This document shows, in pieces, positions 38,480 to 47,320 of a stretch of 64,000 bases of DNA. Source of the DNA: an uncultured Gemmatimonadales bacterium (GTDB lineage Bacteria > Gemmatimonadota > Gemmatimonadetes > Gemmatimonadales > GWC2-71-9); NCBI GenBank assembly GCA_963846545.1, contig CAWJWG010000001.1, positions 2,550,735 to 2,614,734 of the forward strand, read 5' to 3'. Below the pieces are notes generated by a model, which saw only the letters and a program-made list of their open reading frames with translations, made no database searches and was not told the origin of the DNA. The position numbers and the translations under genes were made by a program. Numbering within the stretch: position 1 is the first letter of the stretch; each line of letters opens with the position of its first letter.

Positions 38480-39085
38480 CTACCTGAGGGGAAAGCCGCC
38501 GAGCGACGCACGTCGCGGGTCGGCACTGCCTGTCCGTTCGTAGATCGCCGCCATCACCACCCGGTCGGGCGGGACGCCGAGCACGATGAGACCGTCGTCG
38601 GCCGGCCCGCCGCCGTCGAAATCGAGGCAGCAGTGCTCGAAGGTGACCAGTCCGTCGACCGACGCCTCCTGCATGGACGGGCTCTCGCCGCGCTCGAGCC
38701 GGACCAGATCACCAGCGGAAAAAGTCCGGGAGTCGTCGAGATCCTCGTAGATCCGGAGCTCACGGACCTTGGCATCGCGCTCGGCCACCAGGATGACGCC
38801 GTCGTCCGCATCCACGCCACCGTCCAGGTCGTAGCAGCACCGGTCCACCACGACCGGACCCGGGGCGCGGAGGGCGAGCGCCGTGCCGATCGCCAGAATC
38901 AGGGCGGCGGCGGCCGCGAGAGCCGGACGGTTACGCCGCGGTGAAACGGCACCCTTCGACCGCTCACCACGGCGCAACCGACCGAGCAGCTCGGGGCCCA
39001 GCGATGCCCGAGGACGAAAACCGACGCCGCGGAGTGCCCTATCGATCTCCGCGAGCTCCGGTGGCAGATCCGGGTCTTCGTTCAT
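38480..39085 (-). CDS. Putative single-pass anti-sigma factor with a duplicated CC-x-D-x-DGG periplasmic module
   Basis: 201-aa ORF whose start overlaps the stop of the ECF sigma gene. Short cytoplasmic N-terminus, TM segment (ALAAAAALILAIGTALAL), and two repeats: CCYDLDGGVDADDGVILV..IYE and CCLDFDGGGPADDGLIVL..IYE. Confidence 0.55.
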   Translation of the reverse strand: MNEDPDLPPELAEIDRALRGVGFRPRASLGPELLGRLRRGERSKGAVSPRRNRPALAAAAALILAIGTALALRAPGPVVVDRCCYDLDGGVDADDGVILVAERDAKVRELRIYEDLDDSRTFSAGDLVRLERGESPSMQEASVDGLVTFEHCCLDFDGGGPADDGLIVLGVPPDRVVMAAIYERTGSADPRRASLGGFPLR

Positions 39086-39654
39086 CCCGCCATGGCTCCC
39101 CGGAGCCGTCCGAGCACCCGCCAGAGGCGGGTCCGGACACTCCCCTCGCTGATCCCGAGGATCTGCGCCACCTCGGCGGTGTCCAGACCGCTTCCGTAGC
39201 GGAGGCCGATGAGCTCCCGGTCGGCGTCAGCCAGCGTGGCCACCGCGTCCAGCAGCCGTCCCACCTCTTCCTCCCGGAGCAGTCGCTCCTCGGGCGAGGG
39301 AGCCTCGTAGACCAGATCGTGCATCGTCCCGAGCGTGACGTATTGCCTCAGCCGCGCGCGGCGGCGCCAGTCGGTCAGGACGTTCCGGGCGACCGTCAGG
39401 ATCCAGGCCTTGGCCGATCCTCTCAGCGGGTCGAATCGGTCAGCGGCCCGCACCACCTTGAGGAAGGTCTCGGCCGTCAGATCCTCGGCCACATCGGCCA
39501 GAGGCACGTGGAAGCGGAAGTAGTTGTAGACGGAGGTCCCGTGGGCCTCATACCACGCGCGACAGAGCGCCTCGCCCTCGGAAGGAGGCGCGGGGATCGG
39601 CGCGGGGGGTCTATCGAACGTGGAGGACACGGATAGCGACGTCACTTCTCTCAT
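39082..39654 (-). CDS. ECF-type RNA polymerase sigma-70 factor
   Basis: 190-aa ORF with region 2 (AEDLTAETFLKV..FDP..GSAKAWILTVARN) and region 4 (LIGLRYGSGLDTAEVAQILGISEGSVRTRL). Confidence 0.85.
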   Translation of the reverse strand: MREVTSLSVSSTFDRPPAPIPAPPSEGEALCRAWYEAHGTSVYNYFRFHVPLADVAEDLTAETFLKVVRAADRFDPLRGSAKAWILTVARNVLTDWRRRARLRQYVTLGTMHDLVYEAPSPEERLLREEEVGRLLDAVATLADADRELIGLRYGSGLDTAEVAQILGISEGSVRTRLWRVLGRLRGAMAG

Positions 39655-39803
39655 TACGCATGACTGGGATTAGCGTCACGCGGCAAGTTATCCCGGGCCC
39701 GGGACCAAGGTCAGGAGCCTCACCCAAAGGAGAAAAATGAGAAGGCCGAGAGCGAAGCCCCCAAATGCTGCCACAGCACCCCTTCAACCACGTCAGCGCT
39801 TCA

Positions 39804-41003
39804 TTAGAACGCCGGCAGCCCGGTGATCGACTGGCCCAGGATGAGCGAGTGCATGTCGTGGGTGCCCTCGTAGGTGTAGACCGATTCCAGGTTGGCCATG
39901 TGCCGCATCGAGTGGTACTCGGCGAGGATGCCGTTGGCGCCGAGCAGGCGCCGGGCCTCGCGCGCCGCCTCGCAGGCCATGTCCACGTTGTTGCGCTTAC
40001 AGAGCGAGACGTGGTCCGGCGTCATGGTGCCGAGGTCCTTCAGGCGACCGAGGTGCAGCGTCATGAACTGCGCCTTCACGATCTCGGTCAGCATGTCCAC
40101 CAGCCGCACCTGCTGAATCTGGGTCTGGGCGATGGGGCGATCGAACATCACCCGCTGCTGGGCGTACTTGAGCGCCTCATCGTAGCACGCCATCGCGGCG
40201 CCGATCGCGCCCCAGGAGATGCCGTACCGTGCCTGCGTGAGGCACATCAACGGGCTCTTGAGCCCACCCGACTTGGGGAGGATGGCATCCTTCGGCAGGT
40301 GTACGTCCTGCAGGTGGATCTCGCTGGTGTCACTGGCGCGGAGCGAGAGCTTCCCCTTCTGGTCCTTGCCGGTGTAGCCCGGCGTATCGGTGGGCACGAT
40401 GAATCCGCGGATGGACTTGGCGTCGCTGATGTCACCGGTCTTGGCCCAGATGATCGACACCGTGGCTTGCGACCCGTTGGTGATCCACATCTTCACCCCG
40501 TTCAGCACCCACCCGTCCTTGGTCTCCCGCGCGGTCGTGATCATGCCGCCCGGGTTGGAGCCGAAGTCGGGCTCGGTGAGCCCGAAGCAGCCGATCTCCT
40601 GCCCCGCCGCGAGAAGCGGAAGCCACTTCTTCTTCTGCTCCTCAGACCCGAATGCGTAGATAGGGTACATCACCAAGGCGCCCTGCACCGACGCGAAGGA
40701 GCGGATCCCGGAGTCACCCCGCTCCAGCTCTTGCATGATCAGCCCGTAGGCCACGTTGTTGAGCCCGGCGCAGCCGTACTCCTCGGGCAGGTTGGCACCG
40801 AAGAGCCCCAGCTCCGCCATCCCGGGAATCAACTGCTTGGGAAACTTCCCCTGGACGTAGGCCTCACCGATGATGGGGATGAGGTTCTCGTCGACCCAGG
40901 TCCGGACGGTGTCACGAACGGCCCGCTCCTCCTCCGACAACAGCGAATCGAAGTTGAAGAAGTCGACCCCGGTGAACTGGGCGGCAGCGGTGGCGGTGGC
41001 CAT
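39804..41003 (-). CDS. gcdH: Glutaryl-CoA dehydrogenase-like acyl-CoA dehydrogenase
   Basis: ORF 39804..41276, trimmed to ATG (MATATAAAQFTGVDFFNFDSLLSEEER). The C-terminal ESVYTYEGTHDMHSLILG is typical of GCDH. Confidence 0.85.
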   Translation of the reverse strand: MATATAAAQFTGVDFFNFDSLLSEEERAVRDTVRTWVDENLIPIIGEAYVQGKFPKQLIPGMAELGLFGANLPEEYGCAGLNNVAYGLIMQELERGDSGIRSFASVQGALVMYPIYAFGSEEQKKKWLPLLAAGQEIGCFGLTEPDFGSNPGGMITTARETKDGWVLNGVKMWITNGSQATVSIIWAKTGDISDAKSIRGFIVPTDTPGYTGKDQKGKLSLRASDTSEIHLQDVHLPKDAILPKSGGLKSPLMCLTQARYGISWGAIGAAMACYDEALKYAQQRVMFDRPIAQTQIQQVRLVDMLTEIVKAQFMTLHLGRLKDLGTMTPDHVSLCKRNNVDMACEAAREARRLLGANGILAEYHSMRHMANLESVYTYEGTHDMHSLILGQSITGLPAF

Positions 41004-41600
41004 GAGGTCCTCGTCCGATGGCGGTGGAAAGACAGGCGGGAAAGATAGCCCGCCAACCGACTCTCCGGCAGACGAACCTGACTTGCACACGTGCATCAAA
41101 GTGCGGCCCGGGCGAGACTTGGCGCCCTGGCCCCTCGCTGGAGACGCGTGCTCGTGGTAGCTTTGCTTCTCGCGCTCGACAGATCTCCGACATGCTCCGG
41201 GACCGCCCGTGCGGTGCTGCGAACAGGCATGTGCTCCCCGGCAGCAGGGCTGTGCGCTCCGGGGGGAGATCGCCAATGGTGACCGCAGGGGCGTGGGGGC
41301 GTGGAACCTGCATTCGGGCGAGCTGACGCACCGAAGAGGCCCGGCGTCAGCGCTGCGGTTCCTGTGACGGCAGTTTTACTTACGGAAGCGAGCGCTCACG
41401 TGGCCGCGGACAACATCTGATTGCCTGTGGCTAACTCATCGCCCCGTATGTTGATACCCATTTTATCGTGCGGATGATGGAACGCCGGACCAGAGCCGCC
41501 GACCTGGCGGGCTCACGGCCGCCGCCGCTGATGCCAGGAATGACATGCTGATGAGCCTGGACTACAGGGTGTGCCGCCCAACCGGCACCGAGGTCGCGGC

Positions 41601-42794
41601 GTGAGAATCCTCCTGCTCGCCCCCCAGCCTTTTTTCCAGGCGCGGGGCACTCCCATCGCCGTCAAGGCGGTGCTGGAGTTCCTGAGCAGCCGCGGCCACG
41701 TGGTAGACGCGCTCACCTATCACGAGGGGAGCGACGTCGACATCCCCAACTGCCGCATCTACCGCATCCCCCGCCTTCCAGGCGTGCGGAACGTGCGCCC
41801 GGGCTTTTCGGCCAAGAAGCTGCTCTGCGATGCGGCCATGGTCGGCAGCTGCGCCCGCCTGATGGGCCGGACCCGCTACGACCTGGTGCATGCCGTGGAG
41901 GAGTCCGCCTTCATCGCCGCGGCGATGAAGGCCTTCACCGGTGTGCCCTACATCTACGACATGGACTCGTCGCTCGCGGAGCAGATGATCGACGCCTTCC
42001 CGCGCCTGGGTAGGCTCGCGCCCGTCCTCCGTCGCTTCGAGGCCATCGCGGTGCGGCGGAGCGCGGGGGTCCTCACCGTCTGTGCGGCGCTCGAGGATGT
42101 GGCGCAGCGGCATGCACCCGGCACATCCATCGGGCTGGTGCAGGACACCACCCTGCTCGCGCCGGCGACGGGCACCAACGGCCGCACGCACCTGCCGGCA
42201 GACACCGATGGGGCGCCCGTCGCGATGTACGTGGGGAACCTCGAGCATTACCAGGGCATCGACCTGCTGCTGGAGGGCTTCCGGCACACCCTCGACCAGA
42301 TGTCGACCGCCAGGCTGGTCATCGTGGGTGGACGCGAGGACGACATCGCCCACTACGGCGAGCGTGCCACCTCGCTCGGGATCGGTGGGTCCGTTCACTT
42401 CCTCGGCCCGCGCCCCGTGTCCGCGCTGGCGGACCTCCTGCGCGAGGCGGATGTCCTGGTCTCGCCGCGCCTCAAGGGCCTCAACACGCCGATGAAGATC
42501 TACTCGTACATGGATTCGGGGACCGCGGTGCTGGCCACCCGTCTGCAGACCCACACGCAGGTGCTGGACGACCGCACCGCATTCCTGGTGGAGCCCGAGC
42601 CCCTGGCACTCGGCACCGGACTCGCCACGCTGCTCAAGGACGACGTCTTGCGCGAGGGCCTCGCCGCCCGGGCCAAGGACCACGTGCAGCGCGAGTTCAC
42701 CCCCGAAGCCGCCCGCCGCAAGCTCACCTCGTTCTACTCCATGGTCGAGGCCACGATCGGCGCGCGCGCCGCTCGGGTCGGAGCGCGCGCGTGA
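41601..42794 (+). CDS. Group-1 (GT4-like) glycosyltransferase
   Basis: ORF 41571..42794. GTG 41601 is preferred (GAGG 7 nt upstream; begins VRILLLAPQPFF). GT-B fold pattern with a C-terminal PRLKGLNTPMKIYSYMDSG segment. Confidence 0.8.
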   Translation: MRILLLAPQPFFQARGTPIAVKAVLEFLSSRGHVVDALTYHEGSDVDIPNCRIYRIPRLPGVRNVRPGFSAKKLLCDAAMVGSCARLMGRTRYDLVHAVEESAFIAAAMKAFTGVPYIYDMDSSLAEQMIDAFPRLGRLAPVLRRFEAIAVRRSAGVLTVCAALEDVAQRHAPGTSIGLVQDTTLLAPATGTNGRTHLPADTDGAPVAMYVGNLEHYQGIDLLLEGFRHTLDQMSTARLVIVGGREDDIAHYGERATSLGIGGSVHFLGPRPVSALADLLREADVLVSPRLKGLNTPMKIYSYMDSGTAVLATRLQTHTQVLDDRTAFLVEPEPLALGTGLATLLKDDVLREGLAARAKDHVQREFTPEAARRKLTSFYSMVEATIGARAARVGARA

Positions 42795-44023
42795 AGCGAA
42801 TCTGGACCTCGCCGACCATTCGAAGCGCGGTTGTATATGCAGGGGCCGGGGCGGGATTCGCGATCGCGAACCTGATCCTCGCCCGGGTCCTGCCGCCGTC
42901 CGAATACGCCGTGGTCACCCTGGTCTTCGCGCTGATCATGGTCAGCTTCGCCCTCGCCCCGGCCGGCATCGATGGCATCGTGAACCGGCGACACCTCGAG
43001 GCCGGGCCGCGGCTCCTCGGGCGCGTCCTCGTCGCCACGACCTCGACGGCGGTGGTCTTCTCGCTGATCGGCTGGCTGGGATACGAGACCACGCCGTTTC
43101 AGACGGCCATGATTTTCATCTCCACGGTCGTCGGCGGGGCGCTGATGGTCGCATCGGCCAAGTTTCAGAGCGAACAGCGCTATGGCATTTCGCTCACCCT
43201 GCTCCAGGGACCCAACATCCTTCTCCTGTTCGGCGCGTTGATAACGGCCGTTTCGGGGGTCCGTGAGGCCTGGCTGCCGCTGCTCGTGATAACGCTCGCC
43301 TGGTTCCCCGGTGCCATCTGGGGCTGGACCATCCTGTTCAGAGAGCGAGAGGCCAAGCCGCACCGGTCGGTAGACTTCCCCATGGGCGAGGCGCTCGCCT
43401 ACGCGGGCATGCAGGCCACCGGCCTTCTCCTGATCCAGCTGGAGCGGCTGATCCTGCCGCACGTGTTGCCCTTGAGCGACCTGGCGACCTACGGCGTGCT
43501 GGCGGCGATCGCCGGGTCGCTCTTCCGCGTGCTCCAGATGAGCGTGGGCTACACTATGCTCCCTCGCCTGCGAGCGGCCGAGGACGTCCCCGCCCGCCGC
43601 CGGCTGGTGGCGCACGAGGCCCGGACCGTCGGTCTGGTCGTCCTGGTCGGCTCGGCCGGGATCTGGCTGGTCTCGCCTATTGTCGAGCGCCTGGTCCTGG
43701 CCGGCAAGTATCCCCTGCCGGCCAGCCTGCTTCTGGCAGCGATCGTCAGTGGAATTACCAAGGTCGTCAATGCGTTCTCCAAGTCCGCCGCGTCGGCGCT
43801 GGCGACCCAGAAGGAGCTCGCCATCGTGAACGTCGTCGGCTGGATCTCGGTGGGCATCGCCATCGTCGCGGGAGTCTTCGGCGCCCGATGGGGCCTGGCC
43901 GGGGTGATCTACGGTGTGTCGCTGGGATGGATGGTCCGCTCCGCCCACACGATGTACGTGGCCGCGCGGCACCTCCGGATCCCGGTCACCGAGCCGGCCC
44001 AGCAACCGGCGGCCGCTCAATAA
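42791..44023 (+). CDS. Polysaccharide biosynthesis/flippase (Wzx-like, MOP superfamily) membrane protein
   Basis: 410-aa ORF (GTG overlapping the GT stop) with more than 10 TM segments and the general Wzx-like pattern. No specific motif was verified. Confidence 0.65.
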   Translation: MKRIWTSPTIRSAVVYAGAGAGFAIANLILARVLPPSEYAVVTLVFALIMVSFALAPAGIDGIVNRRHLEAGPRLLGRVLVATTSTAVVFSLIGWLGYETTPFQTAMIFISTVVGGALMVASAKFQSEQRYGISLTLLQGPNILLLFGALITAVSGVREAWLPLLVITLAWFPGAIWGWTILFREREAKPHRSVDFPMGEALAYAGMQATGLLLIQLERLILPHVLPLSDLATYGVLAAIAGSLFRVLQMSVGYTMLPRLRAAEDVPARRRLVAHEARTVGLVVLVGSAGIWLVSPIVERLVLAGKYPLPASLLLAAIVSGITKVVNAFSKSAASALATQKELAIVNVVGWISVGIAIVAGVFGARWGLAGVIYGVSLGWMVRSAHTMYVAARHLRIPVTEPAQQPAAAQ

Positions 44024-44050
44024 CTCAGCCCCAGCCAGGACGGAGCAATC

Positions 44051-45871
44051 GTGGGAGCAGTGTACGGCATACTCGGCGGAGCCGAGCCGGGAGAGATGCA
44101 GGCCATGAGCGCGCGTCTGGCGCATCGTGGTGCCGAGTCCGCGGAATGGTCGCCGGTCTCCGGAGTTTCGCTCGGCGTGCGCGGGTCCGGCCCCGCGGTC
44201 GCATTGCAGAGCAGCGGCGCCGTGGCGTTCGACGGGGCGATCGACAACCGGAGCGAGCTCACGCTGGCGCTGGGACGCTCCGGCGATAGCGCCGAGCCGA
44301 CGGGCGACGGACCGCTGGCCGGCGACCTGTGGGCCGCCTTCGGCGAGGAGGGACTCGCCCGCGTCGCGGGTCAGTTCGCCCTCGTCCTCTGGGACACACA
44401 GGCTCGGCGGCTGGTGCTGGCGCGCGACCGCGTGGGATATGCCCCGCTCTACATCGCGCTCGTGGGCGAGCGGCTCCTCTTCGCCAGCGAATACAAGGCC
44501 CTGCTGGCGATTGCCGGCGTCCCTGCCAGGCCGAACCGCGCTGCTATCCAGACCATTCAGAACACCAAGTGGGTGCGCCCCGGCGTCACCTGCCTCGAGG
44601 GTATTCACCCGGTCGCGCCCGGCACCTGGATCGAGGTCGAAGGCGGCCGCATGGCCACGCGGCGGTACTGGGACATACCGGTCCGGGCGGCCGCCGTGGA
44701 CGATAGCCAGCATGCGGCCCGACTGCGCCAGAGCTTCCTGGAGACGCTGCGCCGGCAGACCGAGCCCTACGACAAGATCGGCGTCTCGCTGAGCGGCGGC
44801 CTCGATTCGGCGGTGGTCGCCGCGGGCGTGCGCGCGGTCGCCGGAGACCGGGAGGTGCACACCATTTCCGCGGGCTACGGTCCGGATGACAAGGAGCTGG
44901 TCAACGCGGAGCGGGTGGCGAAGGAGCTGGGGACGATCCACCACCCAGTGGCCCTGGATCCCGACGACTTGCCCGCGCTGCTGCCCTGGATGGTGTGGCA
45001 CATGGAGGAGCCGATCGGCCGGGAGGACATCGCCTACCTCTTCGTGGCTGCGCGGGAGGCCGTGCGCCACGTGGATCTGGTGGTGACGGGCTTCGGCTTC
45101 GACGGATTGTTCGCGGGACTGCCACGGCACAGGCTGGTCGATCTCAGCCTGAAATACCCCGTGGTCAGGGAACCGCTCGAGGAGTTCTTCGACTACACGT
45201 TCCGGAGCATCGAGCCGCGGTCGCTGGCCGGCCGGGCGCTCAAGACCGCCTACTTCAAGGGCCGGGAGTTCCCCGCGCCGCAGGTCGTGGGGACGCCGCC
45301 GCTCGGCCCCTACACCGGATTCCCCCGCGACAACGCCGACCAGCCGCTCACGAACTTCCTCAAGCGCGGCTTCATGGTGCTGCCCTACCAGCACCCGGTG
45401 GAGCGGTTGTACGCCGGTGTCGGGATGCGGATGAACGCGCAGCACACGAGTCCCGACTTCCTGGCGACCGCCTTCTCCATTCCCGACCGGCTCAAGATCC
45501 ACGGCCGGACCCAGAAGTACATTCTGCGGAAGGCGTGCGAAGGGCTGATCTCGCCGTCGATCCTCGCCACCGGCAAGAGCTTCAACCGGCTCAAGCACGA
45601 CACCCACATGTCCGACGTGCTCGACCGGCTCGCCGACGACCTGCTGTCTCCGCCGGCCCTGAGCGGACGTGGCCTCTTCGACACCGGCTACGTAGCCCGG
45701 CTCAGACGCCGGACCCCGGGCAAGCCCTATAGTCAGGAGCGCGCGTACCGGCTCTGGTCGCTGCTGCTCACGGAATTCTGGGCGCGCACCTTCGTAGACC
45801 GGCGCGGGGCCGCTCCGACCCATCCCCTGCCTCCGCTGCGGCACCTCGGAAGCGCCTCAATTACCGGATAA
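44051..45871 (+). CDS. Asparagine synthase B-family amidoligase with a degenerate glutaminase domain
   Basis: 606-aa ORF (GTG; GGAG 5 nt upstream). Intact PP-loop SLSGGLDSAV. The N-terminus reads MGAVYGILG rather than MCGI, and NGE reads DGA (see finding). Confidence 0.85.
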   Translation: MGAVYGILGGAEPGEMQAMSARLAHRGAESAEWSPVSGVSLGVRGSGPAVALQSSGAVAFDGAIDNRSELTLALGRSGDSAEPTGDGPLAGDLWAAFGEEGLARVAGQFALVLWDTQARRLVLARDRVGYAPLYIALVGERLLFASEYKALLAIAGVPARPNRAAIQTIQNTKWVRPGVTCLEGIHPVAPGTWIEVEGGRMATRRYWDIPVRAAAVDDSQHAARLRQSFLETLRRQTEPYDKIGVSLSGGLDSAVVAAGVRAVAGDREVHTISAGYGPDDKELVNAERVAKELGTIHHPVALDPDDLPALLPWMVWHMEEPIGREDIAYLFVAAREAVRHVDLVVTGFGFDGLFAGLPRHRLVDLSLKYPVVREPLEEFFDYTFRSIEPRSLAGRALKTAYFKGREFPAPQVVGTPPLGPYTGFPRDNADQPLTNFLKRGFMVLPYQHPVERLYAGVGMRMNAQHTSPDFLATAFSIPDRLKIHGRTQKYILRKACEGLISPSILATGKSFNRLKHDTHMSDVLDRLADDLLSPPALSGRGLFDTGYVARLRRRTPGKPYSQERAYRLWSLLLTEFWARTFVDRRGAAPTHPLPPLRHLGSASITG

Positions 45872-45877
45872 GCGAAA

Positions 45878-45902
45878 GGCCGCGCTGGACACCAGCGCGG
45901 CC
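45878..45902. terminator. Bidirectional intrinsic terminator between the convergent asnB-like and epimerase genes
   Basis: GGCCGCGCTGG-aca-CCAGCGCGGCC, a perfect 11-bp stem flanked by AAA on the 5' side and TT on the 3' side. Confidence 0.7.
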
Positions 45903-45926
45903 TTGGCTACGAAGGATCGGACCCGG

Positions 45927-46955
45927 TCAGGCCATTGAGGCCTCAGCCAGATCCGCTGTTGCGTCCCGCAGGTAACCCTGCTCCCGGTACCAGCGCCCGG
46001 TCCTGCGCAGCCCCTCGTCCAGCTCGACCCGCGGCGCGTAGCCCAGCTCGCGCTTGGCGCGGCTGATGTCGAACGCCCGGTTCTGCCGATACCAATCCAC
46101 CCGTCGGGGGAAGATCGGCGGGGTGATCCCGAACGGCTTGCAGAGCTTCTCGACGATGTGCCCCGCGACCACCACCGGCATGACCGGATAGTGCGGGATG
46201 CGGACCGGCACGTCGAGCGCTCGGCCGACGGCCTGCACGATCTGCTCGATGGGGTAGTAGTGCTCGTCGGCGATCAGGTACTCGCGGCCGTCGCCCACGC
46301 CCGGCGCGAGGCAGAGCATGAAGGCGTCCACCAGGTTTTCGACGTAGAGCGGGTGGTAGAGCGTCTGGCCGTTGCCGAACATCGGGAACGTGCCGCGCGA
46401 CACCCGCTTGAAGATCATGAAGAAGCGCTCCGGGTCGCCGGGGCCGTAGATGGCCGCGGGACGCAGGATCACTGTCTCGAGCTTGCCCGTGCCGAGCTGC
46501 TTGACCAGAGGCTCGGCCTCGTACTTGGTGCGCTGGTAGTAGTCCGCCGGCTGGATCGGGGCGTCCTCGTTGGCGGGAGGCTGGTCGACGTTGCCGTGCA
46601 CACCGCAGGTGCTGCAGTAGACGAACTTCCACACGCCCACCTTGATCGCTTCCTCCAGCACGATCCGGGTGCCCATCACGTTCACGTCATCGTAGAACGT
46701 GTTGGCGACATTGAGCTCGCGGAACGCCGCGGCGAGATGGAACACGAACTCCACCCCCTGCATGCTCCGCTGCACCACATCACGGTCGGTCACCGAGCCC
46801 AGGATGACTTCCGCCCCCATGGCCCTGAGGGCGTCGCACTGCAGACCGTCCTTGTAGTCCAGAGCCACGACCTCGTGACCCTGCGCCCGAAGGCGTCGGA
46901 CCAGCGCAGTCCCGGTGAACCCTGTTCCGCCAGTGACGAGAACCCGCATGCTCAC
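45927..46955 (-). CDS. NAD-dependent epimerase/dehydratase (extended SDR)
   Basis: 342-aa ORF with VTGGTGFTG and the catalytic YYQRTK (YxxxK). AAGGAG Shine-Dalgarno 5 nt upstream. Confidence 0.85.
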   Translation of the reverse strand: MSMRVLVTGGTGFTGTALVRRLRAQGHEVVALDYKDGLQCDALRAMGAEVILGSVTDRDVVQRSMQGVEFVFHLAAAFRELNVANTFYDDVNVMGTRIVLEEAIKVGVWKFVYCSTCGVHGNVDQPPANEDAPIQPADYYQRTKYEAEPLVKQLGTGKLETVILRPAAIYGPGDPERFFMIFKRVSRGTFPMFGNGQTLYHPLYVENLVDAFMLCLAPGVGDGREYLIADEHYYPIEQIVQAVGRALDVPVRIPHYPVMPVVVAGHIVEKLCKPFGITPPIFPRRVDWYRQNRAFDISRAKRELGYAPRVELDEGLRRTGRWYREQGYLRDATADLAEASMA

Positions 46956-47320
46956 TCCTTACCGTGTGTTGATGCCTGGTTGGTAGGGCCGATGGCAGGC
47001 AAGACAAGCTAACCTCGCCATTTCCGCCCGCGCCCCCCGAAAAGAATCCAACCCCTCGCGGCACGCGGTCGATTTTCCGGGCATCTCTACAAGTTCCATG
47101 CCTCCTAAGTGATTATGGTACATACCGTCAGCGCACGGGCTTGGGCCGGGTTCATACCGCGGCCGACACTGCAGTCTGTGGCATTCATGCCGCAATTCGA
47201 GACCGGGCAGGCAACTGGTCAGGGAGTATCCAGCGGTCTCGCGGAAGGCCGGCGGCTGAATGCACGTTGTCCGGAAGGAGAAGCGGTGCGGTGCGGGCGG
47301 TCCGTGCCCGGCAGGGCGGG

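Noticed and set aside
36203-39654. Classical FecI-FecR-FecA cell-surface signalling system
   Set aside because: The anti-sigma has no FecR domain, and the receptor has no N-terminal signalling (STN) extension before the plug.
41330-41600. JUMPstart/ops (GGCGGTAG) antitermination element in the leaders of the glycan operons (also checked 46956-47320 and 49967-50325)
   Set aside because: No exact GGCGGTAG or its complement was seen in any of the three leaders.
42734-45844. 1036-aa open frame antisense to the flippase and AsnB-like genes
   Set aside because: Same reasoning. The sense genes have a TM pattern and the SGGLDS motif, while the antisense product is low-complexity and Arg/Gly/Pro-rich. 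Stop codons are simply rare at this GC content.
44051-45871. AsnB-like gene as a lasso-peptide cyclase or beta-lactam synthetase (RiPP or natural-product cluster)
   Set aside because: There is no transglutaminase-like protease, PqqD-like RRE, precursor peptide, ABC exporter or clavam/carbapenem partner nearby. The neighbours are glycan genes.
46959-47099. 46-codon minus-strand ORF (MELVEMPGKSTACREG..CLAC..) preceded by a perfect AGGAGG, just upstream of the epimerase gene
   Set aside because: The Shine-Dalgarno is only 1 nt from the ATG, which is too close. GC3 is about 60%, far below real genes here, and there is no recognisable motif. It remains a weak candidate for a uORF.
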